Below the pieces are notes generated by a model. It was not told the origin of the DNA. It saw only the letters and a program-made list of their open reading frames with translations, and searched no databases. The translations under genes were made by a program, and so were the position numbers. A DNA stretch of 64,000 nt from Nostoc sp. DedSLP01 (GTDB lineage Bacteria > Cyanobacteriota > Cyanobacteriia > Cyanobacteriales > Nostocaceae): NCBI GenBank assembly GCA_034530875.2, contig JAVRCJ020000001.1, positions 64,001 through 128,000 of the forward strand, in the 5' to 3' direction. Of this stretch, positions 41,306-50,700 are shown piece by piece; position 1 is the first letter of the stretch, and each line of letters begins with the position of its first letter.

Positions 41306-42049
41306 ATGACTGAACCCCTTACTCCTCAAGCAATCGAAACCTTGGCAGCAGGCTATGTCGTGGGCGATCTCGATGCCACCGAAGCAGAAGTTTTCGAGCA
41401 ACTGCTGGCAGAAAATCCAGCATTAGTGGCAGAAGTGAAGCGGCTTCAGGCAACCTTAGACGAGGTAGTTTACAGTTTAAACAGCGTGGAACCGCCTCAT
41501 CATCTCCGAGAAGCTATCCTGGCTGCCGCTACCACTAGTTTCCAACCCTCAAGGCACAAACCGTCTCGGCTCCTCTGGCCGATCGTCATGGGTAGTGTCG
41601 CTGCACTCTTGATTCTGTATTTAGGAGTAGATAACTATCGCTTGCGACAGGATTTGGCCATAGCTAGTGATATCAATACCCTACTGCAACAGGAGAAGAC
41701 GCAGCTTTTTTCTCTCAAGGCTGTGAAAGCATCGGATACTGCTGCGGGTAGCTTTGTTGTGAATCTAGGACAACGGCAGGGAATTCTAGCCGTGCAAAAT
41801 CTGGTAACTCCACCCACAGGTAAAGTCTATCGACTTTGGGCGGTAGCTGATGGCGAAAAAATCCCCTGTGGCACTGTGAAAATTAATCCTCAGGGAAAGG
41901 TGTTAGATAAATTCTGGATGCCTGCCGACTTTTATGACACAGGTATCTCTGGATTATTCGTGACGTTGGAATCCTCTGAAACTAGCCGTTATCCCACTGG
42001 AACTATCGTGATGCAGAGTAACTCATCTACCTTCCATGAAACGCTATGA
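41306..42049 (+). CDS. RskA-type membrane anti-sigma factor
   Basis: LAAGYVVG N-terminal domain, single TM, C-terminal GKVYRLWA...VTLE...PTG; directly follows the sigma gene. Confidence 0.88.
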   Translation: MTEPLTPQAIETLAAGYVVGDLDATEAEVFEQLLAENPALVAEVKRLQATLDEVVYSLNSVEPPHHLREAILAAATTSFQPSRHKPSRLLWPIVMGSVAALLILYLGVDNYRLRQDLAIASDINTLLQQEKTQLFSLKAVKASDTAAGSFVVNLGQRQGILAVQNLVTPPTGKVYRLWAVADGEKIPCGTVKINPQGKVLDKFWMPADFYDTGISGLFVTLESSETSRYPTGTIVMQSNSSTFHETL

Positions 42050-42188
42050 CTATTGTCATCACTTTTGATAGCTGCATCCTTGATTTTTCTTTAGTCCACC
42101 TCCGTGGACTACCCTTCGGGAAGGCTTCGCCTACATTTGTGTAGTAACGAATTCCATTTGCCCAATACTTTTCAAACATCTTTTTATA

Positions 42189-43118
42189 TCAGATGCTAAT
42201 ATTATCTCCTCGCTGAGGATTGACTGAGAAGCGCAAAATTGATAGCCCTAAAATTATCAAAAATAACACGAGTCCAATTGTACAAGCATAGCTAATTTCC
42301 AAATTATTGAAGGCTTGTTCGTACAGATAATAAACAATAGTTTTCGAGCTATTGAGTGGCCCTCCTTGAGTCATAATATATACTTCTTCAAAGACTTTGG
42401 TGGCAGAAATAGCTGAAATTACAGCTACCAAAGCAAGATAAGGCTTCATTAAAGGTATAGTAATGTCCCAATGTTTCCTAATACCATCAGAGCCATCAAT
42501 TGCTGCGGCTTCGTACACATCACCAGGAATTGATTGTAATCCTGCTAAATAAATTACCATGTAGTAGCCTAAACCTTTCCACACAGTAACAGCCATAACG
42601 CTAGCAAGAGAAATTGGTACAATGCCAAAAAGTTTAGCTGGGCTAGTTAGCCAAGGAATACCTTCTGAAATAATACCTAAGGCTTTAAAAAACTGGTTGA
42701 GTAATCCATTTTCTGCATACAACCATTTCCAAGCTATCCCAGCAACTACCATAGAAATTACTACTGGTGTGTAGTATGCAGATCTAAACCAATTCATCCC
42801 CCGCAGTTTTTGATTTACCAAAATTGCCAGCCCCAAGGGAGCAATTACCAAAATTGGTACTACACCCGCAAGATATAAAAAAGTGTTTTCCAAAGTTTTC
42901 CAAAAAACTGCATCTTTCCAAAGCTTGAGAAAGTTAGCAAAACCTATCCATTGCGGCGGTTGACCTATATCTTCATAGCTAGTAAAGCTGAGGTAAAATG
43001 CTTGCAGTGCAGGCCAAAAAACAGTTAACCACAAAAGAATCAAAGCGGGCAGTAAAAATAAATAAGGAGTCAGCCGCTGTTTGAGTAACATCCAAGTTTG
43101 AGGTTTCAATTGATTCAT
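42189..43118 (-). CDS. Carbohydrate ABC transporter permease (LacF/UgpA-like)
   Basis: WIGFANF, WKGLGYYM, YEAAAIDG, MTQGGP. Confidence 0.92.
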   Translation of the reverse strand: MNQLKPQTWMLLKQRLTPYLFLLPALILLWLTVFWPALQAFYLSFTSYEDIGQPPQWIGFANFLKLWKDAVFWKTLENTFLYLAGVVPILVIAPLGLAILVNQKLRGMNWFRSAYYTPVVISMVVAGIAWKWLYAENGLLNQFFKALGIISEGIPWLTSPAKLFGIVPISLASVMAVTVWKGLGYYMVIYLAGLQSIPGDVYEAAAIDGSDGIRKHWDITIPLMKPYLALVAVISAISATKVFEEVYIMTQGGPLNSSKTIVYYLYEQAFNNLEISYACTIGLVLFLIILGLSILRFSVNPQRGDNISI

Positions 43119-43274
43119 CGGAAGTTTAATAGTTGTTTTTGCTTTGTAATAATTTGTGAGAACTAGGATTTAAGCTTCAATATTTTAAGGGCATATATTC
43201 CTTTGTCAACCAATAATAATGTAGGAAATCTCAAGAAACGCTAAAATCAAGTCAGCCTTTGTAATGTAGCGGTT

Positions 43275-45035
43275 GTGTCCCACATCAACCAGAGCGCTGT
43301 TCACTGCATAAATCCTGATTGCCAACGTCCTTATCCTCAACCTTGGGGAAACAAATTTTGCAATAGCTGTGGCGCACCGCTACAGTTGTTAGACCGCTAT
43401 ATCCCAGTTGAAAGGTTGGGTTCGGGAGGATTTGCTCAAATTTATACGGTTTGGGATCGAAAAACTCAAATTGAGAAAGTGCTGAAAGTGTTGGTAGAAG
43501 ATTCGCCAAAAGCACTAGAATTATTTACCCAAGAGGCGGAAGTTTTATGTAGATTAAAGCATCCTGGTGTGCCAAAAGTTGATGCTGATGGGTATTTTCA
43601 GCTAAATTTATTCAATCCCAAACCGCACCAACTCTCTTGTCTGGTAATGGAAAAAATTAATGGGCGGACTTTAGAGGAGATATTAAAAAAGTATCCGCAA
43701 GGGTGTCCGCAGGATTTGGTTTTAAACTGGTTCGCCCAAGCTGTAGAAATTTTACAGGAATTACACAAGCGTCAAATTATTCACCGAGACATTAAACCTT
43801 CTAATTTGATGCTGGATACCTCTTCGTCAACTTTACCAGCGATCGCAGGCCAAACAAAAGGCGATCGCCTGGTATTAATTGATTTTGGCGGAGCAAAACA
43901 AGTTAGCGCTTCAAAAGTGGGTTCTAGGTCTAGTTCCACCCGGTTATTTTCTTCTGGCTACAGTCCACCAGAACAAGTCACTGGGGGCATTGTGGGGCCG
44001 AGTGCCGATTTTTTTGCCCTTGGTCGAACGATAATCGAACTACTAACAGGAAAGTATCCGCCGGAGTTGGAAGATCCGCAAACAGGGAAGTTGCTGTGGC
44101 GCACTAGGGTGAATGTCAACCCGCAGTTAGCAGATTTGCTGGATGAGATGGTCGCAGAGAATGTGCGATCGCGTCCCGAAAATGCAGCTATGATTCAAAA
44201 GCGTCTAGCTAAGATTTCTCAACCATTACTGCCGCAAGGGTTATTTTCTCAACTGCGCGACAACATTAAGCAAGCCTCAACCCAAGCCTCCCAGCAGTTT
44301 ACACAGCTAACACAGGGCATTGAACGAGTTTTAGCTAAATTTGGCCAAGGTGTAAATCAAACTCTTATATTTATCGTTCAGACAATCTGGAAAATTATCG
44401 CAGCTTGTTTGGCAACGATTTGGGCGATGGTGCTGACTTGTTTGGGCGCTTGTTTTGGTGCTAGCGCGGGTTTTATTTTGGCCTATCGCACAAGCTTGGG
44501 GCGTCGGGTTGTGGAATTTCTGTTAACTCAGGCAAACTTATTAGTTCCCAATACTCAACCCACCTTCGGGGCAGATATTTTAATCTTTATCGTTGCGGGT
44601 TGGGGAACGGCATGGGGATTGACAGTATGCGGATGTTTTGGTCAACGGCGGCGGTTTTTAGTAGCCTCGGTGATGGGGATCGTTAGCTATGGCTTTGGCT
44701 GGTTAATTTTGCAATTGATGACAACAAAAGATAGCGGCGAAGGTTTAATAGCAGCGATTTTAATGGGAGTTTCCTTACTGACTTTGAGTTTGGGACTCCG
44801 CAGCCATCACATAGTTTACGCTGTGTTCGCTGCCTTTGGCAGTGCGATCGGCTATGCTGTTTTAATTCTTTTAAATTTCGCACCTCCTATATTGCAATTT
44901 TCGAGTCAACCAGGCTGGTTAGAGTTATACAGACCTCTAATTTTTTTTGGTTCTGTAGGCTTGTTTCTCAGTTTTTGGTTAGGAGTAAGTTTCTATCTAA
45001 TTGTGCCTGGGTTACGCCTTTTAGGGTGGCGGTAA
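43275..45035 (+). CDS. Ser/Thr protein kinase with 4-Cys N-terminal prefix and multi-TM C-terminus
   Basis: CINPDC...CNSCG, LGSGGF, HRDIKPSN, DFG; hydrophobic C-terminal third. Confidence 0.92.
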   Translation: MSHINQSAVHCINPDCQRPYPQPWGNKFCNSCGAPLQLLDRYIPVERLGSGGFAQIYTVWDRKTQIEKVLKVLVEDSPKALELFTQEAEVLCRLKHPGVPKVDADGYFQLNLFNPKPHQLSCLVMEKINGRTLEEILKKYPQGCPQDLVLNWFAQAVEILQELHKRQIIHRDIKPSNLMLDTSSSTLPAIAGQTKGDRLVLIDFGGAKQVSASKVGSRSSSTRLFSSGYSPPEQVTGGIVGPSADFFALGRTIIELLTGKYPPELEDPQTGKLLWRTRVNVNPQLADLLDEMVAENVRSRPENAAMIQKRLAKISQPLLPQGLFSQLRDNIKQASTQASQQFTQLTQGIERVLAKFGQGVNQTLIFIVQTIWKIIAACLATIWAMVLTCLGACFGASAGFILAYRTSLGRRVVEFLLTQANLLVPNTQPTFGADILIFIVAGWGTAWGLTVCGCFGQRRRFLVASVMGIVSYGFGWLILQLMTTKDSGEGLIAAILMGVSLLTLSLGLRSHHIVYAVFAAFGSAIGYAVLILLNFAPPILQFSSQPGWLELYRPLIFFGSVGLFLSFWLGVSFYLIVPGLRLLGWR

Positions 45036-45046
45036 AAGAACCCAGA

Positions 45047-45152
45047 TGTAGAGACGTTGCATTGCAACGTCTCTACAAGAATTTCGATATTATGCACAAA
45101 TGCCCAAATACAAGATCCCCCTAGCTCTTTTTTTCTTTGAGCTAGGGGGATC
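45047..45152. repeat. Two palindromic elements downstream of the kinase
   Basis: TGTAGAGACGTTGCA-T-TGCAACGTCTCTACA and GATCCCCCTAGCTC...GAGCTAGGGGGATC. Confidence 0.8.
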
Positions 45153-45371
45153 GCATATGTGGTAGTCTATAAATGATTCGGTATAGTTCCTTACGACTCG
45201 ATTGTATAGCCAATATTTCAGTTTGAGTAGTCCTACCACGAGAATTTATATTATATTCATCGCTTCTTAATCAATGCTTCATTCTGGTTATTCACTTGAC
45301 TAGTCTTATATGTAAGTATGACAGTACCCAGTGTAAATTACTTGTCATCCTTGTAAATATCTGTAACGAAT

Positions 45372-45935
45372 ATGAAACTTAAGATTGTCACCACTCTCGT
45401 CCTGTTAGCTTGTTTTGGCTTTGCAGGTCGGACTTTGGCATCAAATGCACAAGACTTGGAGCAGTTGAAGGCAACCAATGCTTGTCCCAGGTGTGATTTG
45501 AGTGGTGCTGACCTAACTCAGGCCAATCTCACTGGAGCAAATCTGCGAGGGGCTAACTTAAGCGGTGCCAAATTATCTGAAGCTAATCTCACGAATGTCG
45601 ATTTGACTGGTGCAAATTTAGAAAATGCAATTCTCGATTCAGCAAACCTCACTCGTGCTTCCTTAACAGGTGCAAACTTAAAATCAGCATCCCTAGAAAA
45701 AGCCAATCTTTCCTACGCTGGTTTTATGAGCGCCAATTTAGAAGCAGCAAACTTAAAAGATGTGACGTTGCTGTTTACTAACTTTCGGGCGGCAAATTAC
45801 CGTTTAACAATTCTAGATAATGGTGTTGTTACATCTGATAAATCCTATGGTTGGTCGTTAGAACGTCCAAATACCAGAGAATGTAACCAGTTCAAACCCG
45901 AAAATACTCCCGGCACAACCTGTTACGGAAAATAG
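45372..45935 (+). CDS. Secreted pentapeptide-repeat protein
   Basis: Signal peptide, CPRCDL, repeated A(N/D)LxG pentapeptides. Confidence 0.92.
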   Translation: MKLKIVTTLVLLACFGFAGRTLASNAQDLEQLKATNACPRCDLSGADLTQANLTGANLRGANLSGAKLSEANLTNVDLTGANLENAILDSANLTRASLTGANLKSASLEKANLSYAGFMSANLEAANLKDVTLLFTNFRAANYRLTILDNGVVTSDKSYGWSLERPNTRECNQFKPENTPGTTCYGK

Positions 45936-46128
45936 AATTGGGGCATTGGGAAAGCAAGGAGTGTGGGAGGTGTGGGAGGATGGGGAAGAAATCTTTCCCC
46001 CCACACTCCCCACACTTCCCTATCTCCCCATCTCCCCATCTCCCCAGACCCAATCCGCAAATATATCAGTTTTTTGTTTGTTACAGTTCTTTATCATAGA
46101 AAGCAAGCCTATAGATTAATTGATATCG

Positions 46129-47316
46129 ATGCTTGCTCGTATTAAAGACTTAGCAACAAAACTAGCGCCCCGATTAATTGAAATTCGCCGCCACATTCAC
46201 TCTCACCCAGAACTCAGCGGTCAGGAGTACCAAACAGCTGCTTTTGTAGCTGGTGTTCTGTCTTCCAGCGGTTTGTATGTACAGGAAGGCGTTGGTAGAA
46301 CAGGTGTCATTGGAGAATTGCGAAATAATAGCCAAAATGAGCGTTTATTGGCAATTCGCACCGATATGGATGCTTTGCCAATTCAAGAGGGCACTAATTT
46401 GGAATATGCCTCTCGTGCAGATGGCGTCATGCACGCTTGCGGTCACGATGTCCACACCACAGTCGGATTAGGAACGGCAATGGTACTGTCACAAGTGGCA
46501 GATGAGTTGGGCGGTAAAGTACGGTTTTTATTTCAGCCAGCTGAGGAAATTTCCCAAGGGGCAAGCTGGATGGTAAAAGATGGGGCGATGGCAAACGTCT
46601 CGGCTATATTAGGGGTTCATGTTTTCCCTTCTATACCCGCAGGTTCTATTGGCGTGCGTTATGGGGCTTTGACTGCTGCTGCTGATGAATTAGAGATTTT
46701 GATTATTGGCGAATCGGGACATGGGGCGCGTCCCCATGAGGCGATTGATGCGATTTGGATTGCATCTCAAGTTATTACTGCATTGCAACAAGCCATCAGC
46801 CGGACACAAAATCCTTTGCGTCCTGTAGTTTTGAGCATCGGGAAAATTAATGGTGGTAGAGCGCCAAATGTAATTGCTGATAAGGTGCAGTTATTGGGAA
46901 CTGTGCGATCGCTCCATCCCGAAACCCGCGCCCATCTACCCAACTGGATTGAAAATATTGTGGCTAATGTCTGCCGTCCTTACGGGGCAGGCTATCAAGT
47001 TAATTATGGTCAAGGCGTACCCAGCGTTCAAAATGATTATGCGCTGACACAATTGTTACAATCAGCCGCAGAAGAAGCTTGGAGTAGCGATCGCGTCCAA
47101 GTCTTACCCGAACCATCCCTTGGTGCTGAAGATTTTTCTATATATTTAGAACACGTTCCGGGTTCAATGTTTCGCTTGGGTGTCGGCTACAAAGAAAGAC
47201 TAATTAACCACCCATTACACCATCCTCAATTTGAAGTTGATGAATCTGCCATTCTCACCGGAGTTGTGACCATGGCCTACGCAGCTTACAAATATTATGC
47301 TGATTCTCAGCAATAA
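46129..47316 (+). CDS. M20 family amidohydrolase (N-acyl-L-amino acid amidohydrolase-like)
   Basis: RTDMDALP, MHACGHDVH, FQPAEE, GHGARPH, AEDF. Confidence 0.93.
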   Translation: MLARIKDLATKLAPRLIEIRRHIHSHPELSGQEYQTAAFVAGVLSSSGLYVQEGVGRTGVIGELRNNSQNERLLAIRTDMDALPIQEGTNLEYASRADGVMHACGHDVHTTVGLGTAMVLSQVADELGGKVRFLFQPAEEISQGASWMVKDGAMANVSAILGVHVFPSIPAGSIGVRYGALTAAADELEILIIGESGHGARPHEAIDAIWIASQVITALQQAISRTQNPLRPVVLSIGKINGGRAPNVIADKVQLLGTVRSLHPETRAHLPNWIENIVANVCRPYGAGYQVNYGQGVPSVQNDYALTQLLQSAAEEAWSSDRVQVLPEPSLGAEDFSIYLEHVPGSMFRLGVGYKERLINHPLHHPQFEVDESAILTGVVTMAYAAYKYYADSQQ

Positions 47317-47324
47317 GCAAAGAT

Positions 47325-47511
47325 TAGACTTCTTGCAGAAGTCGGGAAAAGGGGGAAAGGTTTGGTATTTTGCTTTCCCCAATAAAGATGAGTCCCTTTG
47401 ACCACAAGAGTGCAAAAAACACTTTTGCAAGAGACTCCATGAGTCGAACTCACAAGGAACAATAAAAATTTCTTTTCCCCATTCCCTACTCCCTATTTTC
47501 AAGGCAGGTCT
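47325..47511. mobile_element. MITE-like dispersed repeat, copy 2 (inverted relative to 15707-15948)
   Basis: TAGACTTCTTGCAGAAGT...CTCCATGAGT...CTATTTTCAAGGCAGGTCT. Confidence 0.75.
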
Positions 47512-47523
47512 TTTGTAAGTAAA

Positions 47524-47550
47524 AACTCCCAACACTATGTGTTAGGAGTT
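47524..47550. terminator. Hairpin between convergent genes, probable terminator
   Basis: AACTCCCAACAC-TAT-GTGTTAGGAGTT. Confidence 0.5.
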
Positions 47551-47628
47551 CTTCTATTTTTCTAGCAATTTGTTATCGCAACTAAGCTAGATTAATTAAG
47601 CAAAATTTTGTATTTCTTCCACTGTTAG

Positions 47629-48681
47629 CTAGATTTTAGATTCGTTAACAACACCTAATTTTTCTTGAATTTTTGCTTTAGCAGCTTTGAATTCGGTAGC
47701 GAGTTGCTCGCTTTGTTCGCTGCTCAAGTTGTTGCGAATTCCAGCAAACAGTGTGCTTTCTTCTTGACGAACGTGGTCGCCAACAATGTCCATTAGCTCT
47801 TTGATTCGATCTTTGAATTCAGGTGCAGAAGGGCTAATAGATCTAATGCGATCTAAGCGACGTTTCATGTCAGCTTGCTCGTCATACAGTTCTTGGGTGT
47901 TGTCTTGACCGTAGAAAGAACGTACTCTTGGGTAGACAACTTCTTCTTCAGCTTCAGCGTGAACTGTCAGATCTTTGTAAATTTGACCGAAGTATTCTTG
48001 GATCTTTTGGGGATCGTTGCTTTGTAATAGTTCGGTAAACAGAGTATTTACTTTGTTGTGATCTAGGCGGATAACATCTTGGATATTCAGATCCTTTTTG
48101 TCGGTGTTTTGGGTTACAGCACTACCGACTACACCAGTTACCGCAGCCACAGCATCTTGAACGCGCGCCCAAATTCCTTGATCTGCATCTTGGCCAGTTA
48201 GTTCGCGGACGCCCAGAATTTCAAGAATACCTTTGAGTTGTTCTTGGTGAGCGCGGTTTTCAAAGTTAATTGTATTCAATGGCCCGATCGCTACCATTAC
48301 GTCAGCACCGACTTTTTGAGCAGCTTTATGAACTATCAAACCACTCATAACAATTTGATGTTTGAGCAATTCATGCTGAGATACTTTCTCATATAAGCTC
48401 AACTCGGAACCTTGGAACAATTCTTTTGCTCTTTCAATGAATTGTGTCACATTTTGTTTAGGTTCAGCCTGAATGCCGTACTGAGTAATGACAGTTTCCA
48501 AAACGCCAAGATTTTTTTCATCATCTTTGATGAAATTGCGGATGCGATCGCCAATTTCCGCATCGAGACCTTGTTGTAAAAGTTGTTTTTCGTTTTCAAG
48601 GACTAATTCTTGTAATGCTTTGATACTTGCTAATTTCACAGCAATAGCATTGCGTTTGGTGTCATCTAAACTAGATACCAT
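47629..48681 (-). CDS. Hemerythrin/HHE domain protein with ferritin-like N-terminal half
   Basis: DHNKV...HAEAEEEVVYP...HVRQEE in the C-terminal half; ENRAH in the helical N-terminal half. Confidence 0.8.
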   Translation of the reverse strand: MVSSLDDTKRNAIAVKLASIKALQELVLENEKQLLQQGLDAEIGDRIRNFIKDDEKNLGVLETVITQYGIQAEPKQNVTQFIERAKELFQGSELSLYEKVSQHELLKHQIVMSGLIVHKAAQKVGADVMVAIGPLNTINFENRAHQEQLKGILEILGVRELTGQDADQGIWARVQDAVAAVTGVVGSAVTQNTDKKDLNIQDVIRLDHNKVNTLFTELLQSNDPQKIQEYFGQIYKDLTVHAEAEEEVVYPRVRSFYGQDNTQELYDEQADMKRRLDRIRSISPSAPEFKDRIKELMDIVGDHVRQEESTLFAGIRNNLSSEQSEQLATEFKAAKAKIQEKLGVVNESKI

Positions 48682-49090
48682 TGGTGGTTCTCCTGTGCAA
48701 AGTTTTCGTAAGGATTGCTAATATTTAGACTGACACACACTAGATGGATATTCCATCTTTCTTTTGAGCGATCGCTTTGCACGACTCTGGGTAGAAAAAC
48801 ATCAAATTTCAGCGTTGCGAACGAAAAATACCAATTCCAGCCCTCGCTTTAATTCATAATTCCAAAAAAAGCAACCTAATACTACTTTTCAAGTAGCGAT
48901 CGCGTAGTTGGCAACGGGAAAATTTAGTATAGGTTGAAGCCTGAAGTAGTTTTAAGCCTAGCTTGCTACCGTAGGCATCCCTCAGATTGTTCGAGCAGAC
49001 ATTCTGGTGGTATATTTCCACATCTCACTTTGTCAGAGGTAGAAAAATTCTATATTATTAAATAATCGAACAGACATAGAAGATTCACTA

Positions 49091-49402
49091 ATGCAATTAG
49101 TCAGTCGAGAGCATATTGCAATCGCTCCTGATGTGCGGAGTGGAAAACCCTGCATTATCGGTACTCGCATTGCTGTAGAAGATGTGGCGGTGATGCATTT
49201 AAAGCTAGGGTATTCTTTGGTAGAGATTGCTGGTAAATATGACCTGTCACTAGCATCTGTTTATGCAGCAATGGCTTATTACTTCGATCGCCGAGAGGAG
49301 ATAGATCGCCGCACCGCCCAAGAGGATGAGTTGGTTGAGGTACTGAAGCAAAATTCTCCCTCGCGTTTGCAAGAGAAACTCAGACAATTGAGGAATGAGT
49401 GA
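49091..49402 (+). CDS. DUF433 family putative antitoxin
   Basis: SGKPCIIGTRIAV...VYAAMAYY. Confidence 0.9.
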   Translation: MQLVSREHIAIAPDVRSGKPCIIGTRIAVEDVAVMHLKLGYSLVEIAGKYDLSLASVYAAMAYYFDRREEIDRRTAQEDELVEVLKQNSPSRLQEKLRQLRNE

Positions 49403-49730
49403 ACGAATTCGCTTTCATCTGGATGAGAACGTCGATCCGGCGATCGCGCTTGGCTTGCGTCGTTATGGAATTGATGTCACAACAACCAATGATGTGGAAT
49501 TACGCACTCAAAGTGATGAAGTACAGTTAGCGTTTATTCAGGAAACACAGCGAATACTGTTTACTCAAGATGCAGATTTTTTGATTATTGCAAGTTCTAA
49601 ATTCGACCATCCTGGTATTACCTACTGTAAAAAAGGAACTCGTTCAATTGGTGAAATCATTGAAACTTTGGTTTTAATTTATGAGGTGATGACACCTGAA
49701 GAAATGGTGGGACGTGTGGAGTTTTTGTGA
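49395..49730 (+). CDS. DUF5615 PIN-like putative toxin
   Basis: FHLDENV...RILFTQDADF...HPGI; overlaps the DUF433 stop codon. Confidence 0.88.
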   Translation: MSERIRFHLDENVDPAIALGLRRYGIDVTTTNDVELRTQSDEVQLAFIQETQRILFTQDADFLIIASSKFDHPGITYCKKGTRSIGEIIETLVLIYEVMTPEEMVGRVEFL

Positions 49731-49949
49731 AATTAAAGCTACCGAGAGACGAACCACTGTAATTCTATGTTGCTAAGAAAGCGATCGCTTTTTGTAAGAA
49801 TACCTGCTGACTAGTGATGTTTACGACAGGCTAAGACTAAGCCCAAGTTTGTCAAGTAAGCATTCTTGTCTGGTTTAATCTATAACTTTGTAATAGTTAG
49901 AATAACTGTATATGATTAAATTATGGAATGTTAGGTAGAAGGTAAAAAT

Positions 49950-50393
49950 ATGACAATTACTACCAAATTAAAACAGCTTTATGAAACTGATGATAGTTTA
50001 TGGCTAGAAAAAACTATTGAATTATTAAAACAAAAACAGTTTAACCAACTTGATTTAGAAAACTTAATTGAGGAATTAATCAGTTTGGGTAAAAGAGATT
50101 TAGCGAAAGCCAAAAGTCTTTTAAGGCAAATTATTATTCATATATTATTACTCCAATATTGGCAGATAGAATATGAAAGAAACTATCGTCATTGGCTTGG
50201 AGAAATTAAAACTTTTAGATATGATTTAAATAATCATCTAACCACCAATTTAATGAACAAATTACAAGATGATTTAGAGAATATTTATCAAAGTGCAGTT
50301 GGTTTTGTACAAGTTAAAACCGATTTAACAATTTTTCCAGAAAAATGTCCTTACACTCTTGCACAATTATTGGATGATAATTATTTGCCTTAA
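49950..50393 (+). CDS. DUF29 family protein
   Basis: LYETDDSLWL...LDLENLIEELISLG...FPEKCPY. Confidence 0.9.
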   Translation: MTITTKLKQLYETDDSLWLEKTIELLKQKQFNQLDLENLIEELISLGKRDLAKAKSLLRQIIIHILLLQYWQIEYERNYRHWLGEIKTFRYDLNNHLTTNLMNKLQDDLENIYQSAVGFVQVKTDLTIFPEKCPYTLAQLLDDNYLP

Positions 50394-50457
50394 ATATATC
50401 AGTTTTATCTGATTTTTGTGAAACCAAAATCGCACTAAAAAGCTATGCTGCAAATTG

Positions 50458-50486
50458 GCGATGTCTACGACAGGCTACGCCTACGC
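50458..50486. repeat. 21-nt small dispersed repeat (SDR5-like) inserted in a HIP1 site
   Basis: GCGAT[GTCTACGACAGGCTACGCCTA]CGC; degenerate copy at 49814-49842. Confidence 0.7.
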
Positions 50487-50527
50487 AATGTCACCAATAG
50501 TCATAAAAATTATATTTTTGAATACAA

Positions 50528-50597
50528 TCAATTTTTCCGCTGTAACCAAGCAAAAATTTCATCAGCAGTAAGTGTCAAATTTATATCTTCTAACAGG
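50528..50597 (-). pseudogene. C-terminal remnant of a Uma2-like gene
   Basis: Reads LLEDINLTLTADEIFAWLQRKN*, resembling Uma2 C-termini; no upstream body. Confidence 0.5.
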
Positions 50598-50700
50598 CTG
50601 TGGAAGGATACTGATAACTTTTAATTATGTTATACTGTTAGCACTGGCAACTTAGAATAATTTAAATGCATCATTCAGTGCTTCATTCTTAAGAAAAGCA

